This document shows positions 22,031 to 32,786 of a stretch of DNA of 64,000 nt, piece after piece. The stretch is from Anthoceros angustus (taxonomy: Eukaryota; Plantae; Anthocerotophyta), in NCBI GenBank assembly GCA_010909165.1, contig MU008163.1, positions 1,426,001-1,490,000 of the forward strand. Direction: 5' to 3'. A program made the translations under genes and the position numbers. The notes under the pieces were generated by a model. That model ran no database searches. It was not told the origin of the DNA and worked only from the letters and a program-made list of their open reading frames with translations. Every line of letters starts with the position of its first letter. The stretch's first letter is position 1.

Positions 22031-24969
22031 CATTGCTGTTGATTGCTCAAGAGAGGAGTTGAGGCAGAAGATAATAAGTGGACGGTTTAGGCCCAAAGTG
22101 AGAAAATTTGAGGTGAGAGACTATATATACAAAGGAAGACTATGACTACTTACAAAGGAAGACTAGGACTACTATTGACACAAGTGTGAGTGGATAATAT
22201 TAAGGGTAAAGAATATAAAGGCAAGTGGAATTTTAGAGCTAGAGGAAGAGATGGCACAACATGTTTGGAACACATGAAAAATTGTGCCCCGTGCTATTTA
22301 ACACATTTGATTCAACGATTGATTTGCAAGCGTTTGTACCCAGTAAGAGATTTTCTTGTACAGGGTGTGGGGACCCTAGTAATGATCATTGTATGTTGTT
22401 GTGTGACAGGTCTAACGATGAGTGGCATATTTATTGCCTGGAACCTCAATTGGATGCACCTCAATGGTTTTGTCCAATGTGTATTATAATTGATAAGATG
22501 TAATGAAAGAATTTGAAGGTGGATGTAATGGTGTGGAGAATTTTATTAATCCGACTTGCCAACAAAAGTTGGGATGTAGATCAAGGAGGAGGAGGGAGGG
22601 GGGTGGGGAGTGAGGGGAGGAGGAGGGGAGAGAGAGGAGGGAAGAAGAGACCCAAGAGTACATAGAATGTTTTCCACTCATACTCACGGAGAGGGCGAAC
22701 ACTCGTCGATCTTGTATGTTGTGAGCCACCATTAAGAGAGGATGATGACAAGTAGGCTTGATGCGTACGACGGGGAGGAGACGCTCAAGAGAAAGCATCA
22801 ATAACAATAGAAGACACTAGCTTGCACGTCGTAGCACACACATACTATCCCCACGAGAATAACACGCAAATTTCTTACACATCACTCTCGGAGTCATAGC
22901 TTTGGCCTCCTCACAACACTCTTATATTGCATATCTAAAGGACAATCTACGATCTGAGCTTGTTCTTTCTGAAAAGGTCTATATACACTAGTACTTGGTA
23001 TCGGCATATTTCTAAGATATCTTATTGGCATCAGCATATACCGAAAATATCCTAAGAATACACTATAATATGCAAGGAATATGCTAAAGCATATTATTTG
23101 CTTATCCACTTAGCTATTGCACCACTTGTCGCAAAGGAGTTTCTCAGGCTAGAGGTAGATGTGGTCAATCCTCGTGCATTCGCTTGGAAAGGATCCTGGG
23201 AGGAGCGCATATTGATTATGACTTTTCACTCTATGGATGATCGCCTCCGTTGCTAGGTCTATGTTATGGACAACTTAGTTATATATCAATAAGGATCTTA
23301 CACCATTGCAATGGAAGACTAAGAAGGAGAAGTTACCGCTTTGAGCCGCCGTACGCAGATCAAGTGGCTTTCTTTCGTGGGGATGAATTGGTGGTGTTTA
23401 GCCCTCGTTCACGCATTTTCATTGGCACTGTTGATTGATTGAAAATTATTTGTCTTGTTTGAATTTTACCTTTACATTCATCTAGACCATTTTATCGCAA
23501 TTTATGTAGTTGCCATATTTTAGTCCCATGACGGAAATTTGTTCTTAGTGCACTTAAATAAAATTCTTCTTCTTATTCTACTATTGCTAACTATGTTTGA
23601 TTAACACTAATCAAGGCTTAATTAGCATATACTTGATTAATATTAATTAATACTGATTACTTACTTGAAGATAAGTAATTAGATTAATTAACACTAATCA
23701 AAATCTAAACCCTAGCGCTTAGATTACTATCACACAGCATGACAGGGAGGAATCGCTCAAGGGAAAGCATCATCTGTGCACTTATAAGAATATATGCTTA
23801 TATCAATATAGAGGCTTGCGTCCCCACTAGAAATACAAATGTAAATAAGATATAGATACAAGAAGCTTTGTTGAATCTAATATATTTAGAAAGCAAGACT
23901 CTTTAAAACACGACATATACAAGCGTTGCATAAGGCTTTTGTTTTTTTATGTATTTCATATTGCTTAACAAATGAATATACTGCCTGCTTTGGTGACTGG
24001 TTGTAAGTGCTTTGTCCTAGAGGGTATTGTTATATTGTGTAGTGATGTTTTTCCAAGTGCTTTATTCTGAAAAATGTCGATAGTATAGAAGATGTCTTTT
24101 CAAGTGCTTTGTTTAAAAAAAAGTTTATAGTATAGGGAGTGCATACATTTGATACAAAATCGGCTCCCCTTTGTGCACTCTTGTGTTGTATGCATGAGAT
24201 GTTGTTTGAAGAATGATTTAGCGCTGATATCTAGTGCAAGTGTGGATGACTTGGTGGGCTTTGTGGATTAATATATTAAGTTTGTTGATTTTGCAAGGAT
24301 CGCTTCCCTACAAAGAACACCTACTTGCATGGAGTCTTTCTTCAACAATATGAGATCTCTCATAGTTTAGTAATGTGGCATGACTTAAGTACTGGAAGAA
24401 AGAGTCTCTTTGAAATGTTTGTACAAGAGTTAATGATTGTGATGGGACGAAGTCACTTTTTATACCAATTGCCCTTCTATTCTATTCGCCTTTTCGGTGC
24501 CTTGTAGCATGACTCCTAAGGTTTTTGGGCCCGAATTGTGCAATTTTGCTTCCAGCATGCTTTGACATTTACTTATTGAGCGATTCTCGTTTTAGGATGT
24601 CTTCTTATCGTAGAGCACTAATGATGATACTATGCTCATGGCACGTGTGAATTGCCCTTAAACCTAGAATGACGAAAAATCGAATTGAGACTTTTGGATT
24701 GGTATCTACAAGATGGTCTTTTCTAGGTATTGTTTGGCTGTTATTTCTGCATATGGTATTATTTTTTAAAATATTTAAAAAATAATATAAACCTTATTAA
24801 ATCATAGAAACTTGTGAGTTCTTGTATGTTCTTCTTGGAATTCGTAACAAGATTTATCAGTTTAAAAAAATAGACTTCAGTTTTTACTATAGGTATTATA
24901 TAGATATATTCATGAAAGTCTTTTCTCCACAATTATATATATATATAGGTAGCGAATAAGTCTTGTCCG

Positions 24970-24970
<1 letters not shown>

Positions 24971-25004
<34 letters not shown>
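24971..25004. repeat. (TA)n microsatellite
   Basis: Direct TA run; a second, shorter run lies at ~24933-24947. Confidence 0.95.
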
Positions 25005-25008
<4 letters not shown>

Positions 25009-25029
25009 GGATAAGCAATATAATTTGAC

Positions 25030-25335
25030 TCTCGTACACCGCCAGCCGGCCCACTCCCGAGCTTGAGGAAGCAGAAACTGCCCTTGCCATATGTCTCAGA
25101 AGACCAGATGGGTTCCTTCACTCCAGCCTCGTTCTCGTAAAGCACCAGGTTGCAGTCGTCCTGCATGATGAGGCTGAATGGCCCCTGGGGTAGAAAACCG
25201 CCCGTGAGAAGATAGTAGGTTTCAGGAATGATTTTACCTCCTTCTACAGTTCACAAGCTTTTGCCCTTGGTGGCCGTGGCCAGGAGCTGGAGAAGGACTG
25301 TCAAGGCTTGCCATAGGCTCTCGGTGAGAGTCATG
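25030..25335 (-). pseudogene. Bulb-type (GNA) mannose-binding lectin, truncated
   Basis: One frame: MTLTESLWQALTVLLQLLATATKGKSL*TVEGGKIIPETYYLLTGGFLPQGPFSLIMQDDCNLVLYENEAGVKEPIWSSETYGKGSFCFLKL. It has the QxDxNxVxY motif, an in-frame stop, and breaks off before the (TA)n run. Confidence 0.8.
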
Positions 25336-26399
25336 CTGGTGCTTCTCTCGTGGATGCAAGAGACAAGGATATTAGCTGTACGTTGTAACTTCGAGTACAT
25401 GTTCATTTCTCCTGGGTTCGAGATAGCTGCCGCCTTTTGTTGAAGAATCTTGTAGGTGAGCACCTTTGAGGATCACATGTAATTACACTACGGAGGCCTG
25501 TGTTCCGCGAGCACCAGCAGTATCCCTGTGTCGGAAACACAGAGCCAGTGTGAAAGCGTCAATCGGGATTGCACCAAAAGTTGCACAAGACAGGCAGGGC
25601 TGAAGGTATACACAGCAAAGCCATCGCTATAATCATATATGGATGGCGAGTCCAGAAGCTTTTCCATGGCCACACGCTCTGGGCAAACCTAGAAGTGCAG
25701 GTAACAGCTCTCGAAGGATGTGAGACAGGCCTTCCAGTGGTAATAAAAAAATACTGGGGGATTTTCGTCGACAAAACAGCCACGTAAGGCATGGCTTAAA
25801 GCATGGTGTTTCCTCATGCGGCTACTCATTTAGGAATACGAACCGGAGCAGGACCATTCACGCGAAGTGCTAAACTGGCTGACCTGCAAACCTGATCGAC
25901 CTAAGCAGGAAGCGGAGGACTGCAAGACAAGGACATTATCTCAGATAACCACGGAATTATCTGTCAACCTCACAAAACACTGAGGAATAGAATGTCAAAC
26001 CGTTTAGGAACAGCAAGCAACTCTTTTGTTCAGGAACGAACCTCAATAACCTCCGGCCACGAGAAGTTTCAATCCCAAAGCACCCCTACCGCTATTTTAT
26101 CAATGGAATCCATGTTGCAAAACAATAGTCAATAAATGTGGAGCAAATGAAGACAAAATTTGAGCCGGATGGAGATATACATACACCACATCCTGAGCCA
26201 CAAGGCAGATCCTCTTCTCGTCAACTACTGTTGCGTTTCGCAAGCAAGCAAAATGATACGACCAGTTGCAAGGCAATCCTTGTCAAAAGACAAGTCTGCA
26301 CGACAGAAGGCGTGGGAAGAATGTGGCATTCAAGCCCAACACAAACTGAGGCTTCAGTGGGCCAAACCGATGTGCAGCTCCATCCCGGCATTCCCTCAC

Positions 26400-27362
26400 T
26401 CATTTTTCAGGTGCCTTCTCCTCTTCCTTGGTGAAAAGTTGCTCCTTTATCCATCCAAAGGGCTGCATGCCGCAACAACCACATGCCTGTCAGCAGCGTC
26501 AACTTGAATGCAGATCCTCTCCCAGGCATCCAGATGCAAGAGCACATGTCTGCAAGTCACAACCTAGTTTCAGGGCAAGAGACAACACCCATCTCAGAAG
26601 GTACCACAACGTTAGGACAGAAGTCTCATCACAAATGAGACAGCAAAGTCCGGCTAGACAACCATACGTGACTACCACAAACTTCTCCCATCAAGAGACC
26701 ATGACGCATAACTAACGGCCAACAAATCGCAACGCCTCAATACGCAGATCAAAGCTTGCGGGTCTTCCTAGTGCGGATCGCCAAGACCCTTCAAACAGGT
26801 AAGATCAAACTCCTCTGACAACCACACCAAACTGAGAGGGCACATGTTCCAACTACAAAAGCCAGTCCAGAGCGTCGGTGATGACAAAGCTGCTGCCTTC
26901 TGAATGTCTCCCTTGAACCGACGACAAACAGGATTTTCGGTCACTTAAAACCCTCGGCAGAAGACTACCAACTCCCAAACTCCTAGCCTGCGATATGGCG
27001 CCTCCTTGACGAGTCCACATCGCCATCGCAACACACAGCAGGTGTGTTACCTTATCCCTACTTCGGCAGGAGCCGCGATGCCGCACCTCAGAACCACGGC
27101 GATCCAAGCCGCAGGAGAACGGCATTTCGTCACCGGACAGAAAAAAAATTTACAGACCGGCAAGCAAGGGATTTAGACGGGGGCACTGCGAGGGAGGGCA
27201 GGGCAAAGAATGCAATGAGGTACAAACCTGGACGAGAAAAAGGGCTCCAACAACAGCAGTGGTCCCCCACAGCACGCCCGCAGAGATGTCTGTAGGCTGC
27301 GGCATCAGCGTCTTAGGCACCAGCGCCAGCAGCGGATTGCCAGCCCTCTTGATGGGAGCCAT
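26400..27362 (-). CDS. QCR10: Cytochrome b-c1 complex subunit 10 (plant UCRY/QCR10), 65 aa, 2 exons
   Basis: Exon 1 27362-27228 MAPIKRAGNPLLALVPKTLMPQPTDISAGVLWGTTAVVGALFLVQ; GT-AG intron; exon 2 26462-26400 PFGWIKEQLFTKEEEKAPEK*. Matches the plant motif QPxD...WG..A..GALxLVQPFxW. Confidence 0.88.
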
Positions 27363-28656
27363 GGTCGCCTCCCCTGCCTTCCGCTCCTCCTTCCTGCGGA
27401 TCAGAGCTCAACAGATCGCCAACTGTAGCCCCGCACCTCCACTCTGCTGCTGCCGCCTTCCAGGTCCCGCCCCTGGCCAAATTCACACGCGCTGTGCATC
27501 CAATCTGCGCTGGAACAGCACACTGTATCACAAAGCGTGGTACTCTTAGCTGCTATGTACGTCTCTCGTGAAACGAGCGTCTATTATGGGTCCAAACAAT
27601 CCATTATAAAAATTATTTAGTCTTTCTCTGAAATTTCTCAAATATACCAACAACAAGCCCTAGATATAAACAAGAGACAGCTCCTTATTCAATAGATTTT
27701 AATAAATGAGCAAAGATGGAATGAACCCCTACTCAATAATAACTTAGGAGAACCTTAGGTCATGGTAGATATTCAGAATATCTCATGTTATAATAATAGG
27801 ATGTAAGAACTGAATTGCTCAATTCCTACTTAAAGTTAGTAGGCCCTTCCCTATTCCTCACTATGACATCTTAGAAGCCTTAGGTAGTCTTAGAGGGAGA
27901 CAATCGCGTAGTTAGTCCCCTTTGACCCAGGACCATCTACAGGGTTGTTCTCCATCACCTAGGCGTAGATGGGAATTCCATCTCTACAAATTTATAAAGT
28001 CTTATGTTCCCCCTTCAAGTCATTTCCAATATCAAAAATAATATAATCGGGAAGAATGAAAAAACCTAGCAATCATCCTACATGTCGAGATGCATTCCCT
28101 ACTTTAGATGTTGGTGGAAGATTGTAAAGACTTGCCTTTAGGAGACTAATAGACACTCGTTGTTTTGAAAAGCAATGAACTTATTCTCAAGAAAGTAAGA
28201 CAAGGACATATTACTCTTGCCAAAGCTCTTTAGTGAGCAATGGATACTGCTATCTTGAAGAAAAATGAACTCTTTAACATTGTCTTGATAAAGTAGGATA
28301 AAAATAGTCCAAATCTCTATCAACAATAGATATAATATAATTTTATAATTTTAATAACTCTATTAAAACCCTCACCCGTAATTATAGAGGCATCCAAGTA
28401 AGGCATGATGATGAAGCTGCCACACAGCATATAACGGCAATAGATTTATATACGGGGTTAGGGATATACCTAACCGCCATAAAAGCTAGGTTCATATGTC
28501 TAGCTAAATTCATAGGCCTAGCTAAATTCATAGCCCTAGTTAAGCACTTATGATCGCTCCTAAGTTGGTCTTCCATGACCGGCCGGCCCGGCTGTTTGCG
28601 AAATCCCCCCCGATTGCTGCTCCCGGCCGCATTCCTTGCCTGACCGGCTCAGGCGG

Positions 28657-28989
28657 ATGGACGGGCGCCGAGAATTTCTGCCCGGTCCTCGCATCTACAG
28701 CTGCTGCAACTGCCGCTGCCATATTGCCGACCACGATGACTGCATCTCGAAAGCTTTCAATGGGCGAAATGGGAGGGCCTTCCTGTTCGCAAGCGTTGTG
28801 AATGTGAAGGTGGGGGAGAAGGAGGACCGGCACCTCATGACGGGCCTGCACACTGTGGCTGACATCTCCTGTATAGGTTGCGAGGAGACTCTAGGCTGGA
28901 AGTATGAGAGGGCTTTCGAGGATTCGCAGAAGTACAAGGAGGGCAAGTTTATTCTGGAAAAGGCAAAAGTTATGAAGGAGAACTGGTGA
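28657..28989 (+). CDS. Yippee-like (Yippee/Mis18) zinc-binding protein, intronless CDS
   Basis: [10 protein letters not shown]...[60 protein letters not shown]. Confidence 0.95.
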   Translation: MDGRREFLPGPRIYSCCNCRCHIADHDDCISKAFNGRNGRAFLFASVVNVKVGEKEDRHLMTGLHTVADISCIGCEETLGWKYERAFEDSQKYKEGKFILEKAKVMKENW

Positions 28990-29489
28990 ACTGGTGACAG
29001 CAGCCAGGCAGCTGCCAATGGTGTGCTGGTCTGTACAGATGGGTTCGGAGAAAGCTGTAAGAGCCAGTCTACCAATTGTATGTGCGTGGCGCAATCTCTC
29101 CCCCTCCGAGTTAGCGTAGAGCAGGATGTACATATTTCATGTCACATGTCAAGGGCTTACCAGTGGAGAGGGCTTGTCTGGGAAGCAGCATGTTTTCTAA
29201 AGCATCCCTGTACAGTGTAGGCTGTGATGGGATCCCTCATACTCAATTTTAGGAGAGAGCAACACCGCTCAGTGCTTTCTCAGCGTAGCAGATTTGCAGC
29301 AGGTAGTCATGTGTAACTTTAAAGTTTTAAAGCGTTTGGTTGCTGCAGCCAATAGGTTCGTGACAACGTTTTCTTGTCTGTTTTGGCTGCATAGCTTCCT
29401 CCCAACTGCATAGCTCACGTTCCAAAAACACAAGAATTTCTAGACAACGCAGCTCTGGAATCTGGCAGAAGAATGCACTGTGATGTATT

Positions 29490-29640
29490 GCACAGTGGCA
29501 CCTGCCTGGTGGACGTGTATGCAAGATGTGGGGAGCTGGGAGATGCCGGCAGGGTTCTTGATAGCTTGGCTACAAAGACTGTGGTCACACGGAATGCCCT
29601 AATAGCTGGGTATGCAGGTCACGGGCTCGACCAAGGGTGC
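29490..29640 (+). pseudogene. Isolated PPR repeat fragment
   Basis: GTCLVDVYARCGELGDAGRVLDSLATKTVVTRNALIAGYAGHG, about 1.5 PLS motifs only. Confidence 0.75.
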
Positions 29641-30245
29641 CGTTCTACATGCACAAAAGGAGCAGCAGAGTCTGATTGCGGCTGACCGTGTTACTTCTGC
29701 TCAAAGAAAGGACAGGCAGCTGGACTCACAGCTGCCACATGCTCCTGCCTTCCCTCTCTAATCTCCCCCCTCTAGAGCAAGCTACAGAAGTAACCAGCGT
29801 TGCCCTTAACTTGGTGCATACCTCCACGAATGCATCCAGCCTCTACGGCGGTCTTCCGGAACGCTTGAGCACTCAAGGAGTTTGCGGACTTGGAACTGAG
29901 CAACAATGATCTGTCTGAACTCCGTCGTGCAGCCCAAAGGGATCCTCAAAACCTAGCCGAACTGAGAGTCTGGAAGCTTCCAACCGGTTCCTGTGCCAGC
30001 AAAGTTGAGCAATAACAGGATCCAACTGTAAGGAGGCTGAGTGACTCCCAATCTTGCAGGAGGTCGGAAAAACCTTACCCTATACCTGATCCTGCAGAGC
30101 AGCGAGCATCCTCATCCTCAGCGAGGGCTTCACCATCCGAAACATTAGGGTTTGAGTGTGCCACGATCCTGTGACAGTACCGAATCAGGCAAAGCTGCGA
30201 AAACAGCCCGCCATTGGTTTCCGCTGCACATACCGGATCGATGAG

Positions 30246-30599
30246 ATGGCGAAGCAGATCGCCGCGACCTCTCTCCCACGCAGAGCCAGAGCCGAAGCGG
30301 CGGGATCCGCGAGCTCACCGCGCGCACCAATCGCGGTACAGAACGCTTGGCTCTTCTTTAAAGGCGCTAAACCTCTCTCCCTGCCGGCGTTGGTGAGCGA
30401 CCATGGACGTGGCGACGGCGCACCCCATGTGGTGCACCACAGGCGCAGGCGGCGGCGGAAGGGCCACAAGATCCACCACCGCCACCGCCGCAGGAAGGGC
30501 CATGGCCGCAAGCGCCGCCGCAGACGCCGCCGCCATAAGCACAAGAAGCACGGCCGCAGACGGCGCCGCCGCCGCCGTCGCAAACACCGCAAGCACTAG
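30246..30599 (+). CDS. Protamine-like Arg/His/Lys-rich protein (start uncertain)
   Basis: The last 54 codons encode 28 R, 12 H, 9 K, 4 G and 1 I, with Arg clusters of 6-9. The TAG stop falls exactly at the end of the low-complexity tract. Confidence 0.65.
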   Translation: MAKQIAATSLPRRARAEAAGSASSPRAPIAVQNAWLFFKGAKPLSLPALVSDHGRGDGAPHVVHHRRRRRRKGHKIHHRHRRRKGHGRKRRRRRRRHKHKKHGRRRRRRRRRKHRKH

Positions 30600-31378
30600 C
30601 CTGCTTGCCATGCGGCTGGCAGCTCGCCCTCCCTCGAAAACCGAAATTCCGTTGGATGCGAGCCACATTCCGAGTCCCTGGACAGTGAAGCAGTTACCAT
30701 TACATTGAATGACATGTGCGCGCTCAACGAAGGAGGCCGGCAGAAGAGCGTGAAGTGAATTTTCAACTCACACGCGATGCAGCGGCCGGCACACGATCTC
30801 CCCCGGGGCCCGCACATGCAAGGCTTATTAGCGTGGACAAAAGCTTTGCACTGACGACAATCCCTGGAACCGTCATGTTGTTGCACGCCATCAACATTGC
30901 GCTGTTGCGCGGTCTCAAGACAAGAGACAGAATCTGTTTTTGCCTGAATCAAAAATCAAATTTGAGTCGCATTTCGGAGCTAATATTGTCGCCTAAATCG
31001 CTATTATCACACAATCACATTGAATCCTTGCTGCTCAAGAGACCGACTGAATCAAATATTCTTGGAACGTTACCTCTCTCACTCATGTCATGCCCTTTTG
31101 CAAACCATGAGGAGGCGTGAACGGGTTCCTTGTTCATTTCAGACTTCTGTCTCTCCTTCCTTCACATCGCTACAAACTCGTCCAGTTTTGACCCCTCGTC
31201 CGCGTACGACGGTGCCCCCATCCTCTATATAACGCTTGAATTCTCCGCTTGTGTCTACGTAATTATTAAATTGTGTCTACATAGTAAGTCTAATGTTTTT
31301 TTCAAAATTGACTACCTATTGAGTTTTCCTGTGGTTCAACGACCTGACGGTCTACAGGTTTGTGGTACCGTTTTCCTC

Positions 31379-31981
31379 ATGGCGGAGGAAGAGGGACGGG
31401 AACAGCGGCGGGCTGTGACGCTCAGCTTCAAGGGGAATCATGGCCGCACGGTGAGGAGGGTGGAGAAGATTAAAGTTGATCAGCTCCAGGAGGGAGTGGA
31501 TCTATTAACGTTCTACGATGAGGAGGTCACAACACGGGAGGCAGTACCTGCTGCCAAGGTGATCCTGAAGCTGCCGGATACATGGTGCCCTGAGAAGGTG
31601 ATCAAGAACCGTCTGGTGGAGACGGAAATGACAGCAGAGGGCACGGAGGCCAGATTCGAGACGGCAACCCTGCCGTCGGGGCGGCAGCATGATGTTCTTC
31701 AGTATGGCTTGAATTTGCGGGATAGTGATGCAGTTGCTTCCCGGAGAGATGAGGTGCTGCGGAAGGCCTTGCAGGAGCTACCGGACGAGGCTTTCATGGA
31801 GCAATATGAAAGCATGCCGGTAGAGGAGTTTGGGGAGGCGTTGCTGCGGGGCATGGGGTGGGAGGAAGGCAGTAGAAGTAAGGAGGTGGTGGAACCTTTT
31901 GAGTTTAAGAGGCGGGAGCATCTGCTAGGGCTGGGAGCAAAGCCTGTGCCTCGGGACGTCGTCAAGAATTCTCGTGGCTAG
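31379..31981 (+). CDS. G-patch protein, Spp2/MOS2 (GPKOW)-like, lacking KOW domains
   Basis: EQYESMPVEEFGEALLRGMGWEEG...EFKRREHLLGLGA is a G-patch_2 signature. Confidence 0.85.
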   Translation: MAEEEGREQRRAVTLSFKGNHGRTVRRVEKIKVDQLQEGVDLLTFYDEEVTTREAVPAAKVILKLPDTWCPEKVIKNRLVETEMTAEGTEARFETATLPSGRQHDVLQYGLNLRDSDAVASRRDEVLRKALQELPDEAFMEQYESMPVEEFGEALLRGMGWEEGSRSKEVVEPFEFKRREHLLGLGAKPVPRDVVKNSRG

Positions 31982-32786
31982 GCTGTATGCTCACTCCCTG
32001 CAGCCTACTTTTGGGTCTACCACTCTTTGTGGTTTTCAATGGCAAGGAACATGTGATGGCCATCTTGCCAACCCTCGCCCATAGTGTTCCTGCGGCACTC
32101 ATTAGAGGTTCAGCGCTTATGATGGCCCCTATCCAATCCGGGGAGTCTACATGAGCAATGGACGTAAGATCTTGGTGAGACATTAACCTGGGCCCGAGAG
32201 CCCGTCGCCGCCCGAGCCAGCCGACTAGTGCCTTGCTGAACAGCCAGAGCCTGGGCGTGCAGCAGGCCGCCCAGACCCTGTTGGCTGGTATCCGGAGAGG
32301 TGGAAATTATAAAACTGTGATCAGTGTCACTGTACATGTTCGTAGTTCTAATCAGAGTGCAGCTTGGTGCACGAATACATCCGCTTTCGCGAAGGATTAT
32401 GGCTCTGCAATGGATGGCAGAAGGCCCATAGTACCCGTCTACCCCGCTTCCCTTAGCGGACGGCACTGGAGTGAGCCGGTACCTATTTCTACATCTTCCT
32501 AAAGCACCAAGTCTTTGAAAACTCACTTGTCACTGTGTTGCTTGGACCGTTGCTATGTTCTCTCGTTGTTTCCTCATGGAGTTTCCAGGCAAGTCCGAAT
32601 CGCAAATAAACCAAGAGGATGTTGGCATTGCGGATGTGTCCGCAGTCAAGAAACGAGCTGGCTGTTTTTCCCAACGCCAGCCGTGCTTCACGCCGAGATA
32701 GCCGAGACACCGAGATGTTTTGTTCAAAGCACCCGCCATAGCGGCTACCTGGTATGCATTCGCAGGTGGGAAGCTCAGATGTGGCA

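Larger units (their letters stand above)
20625..23440 (+). repeat. Tandem duplication, ~1.41 kb unit
   Basis: 20625-22040 recurs at ~22041-23440, including integrase tail, PHD, LTR and flanking LINE fragment. Confidence 0.9.

Noticed and set aside
21115-22879. Two LTRs read as a small intact LTR element
   Set aside because: Both are 3' LTRs inside a 1.41-kb tandem duplication that also copies flanking DNA.
23705-23715. AAACCCTA telomere-like motif
   Set aside because: Single unit; no array.
29720-30060. LRR gene remnant
   Set aside because: Only vague Leu spacing across broken frames; not supportable.
30403-30708. Ala/Thr-rich ORF as the true product
   Set aside because: Looks like the shifted reading of Arg/His codons, and its stop is unrelated to the tract end. 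Not fully excluded.
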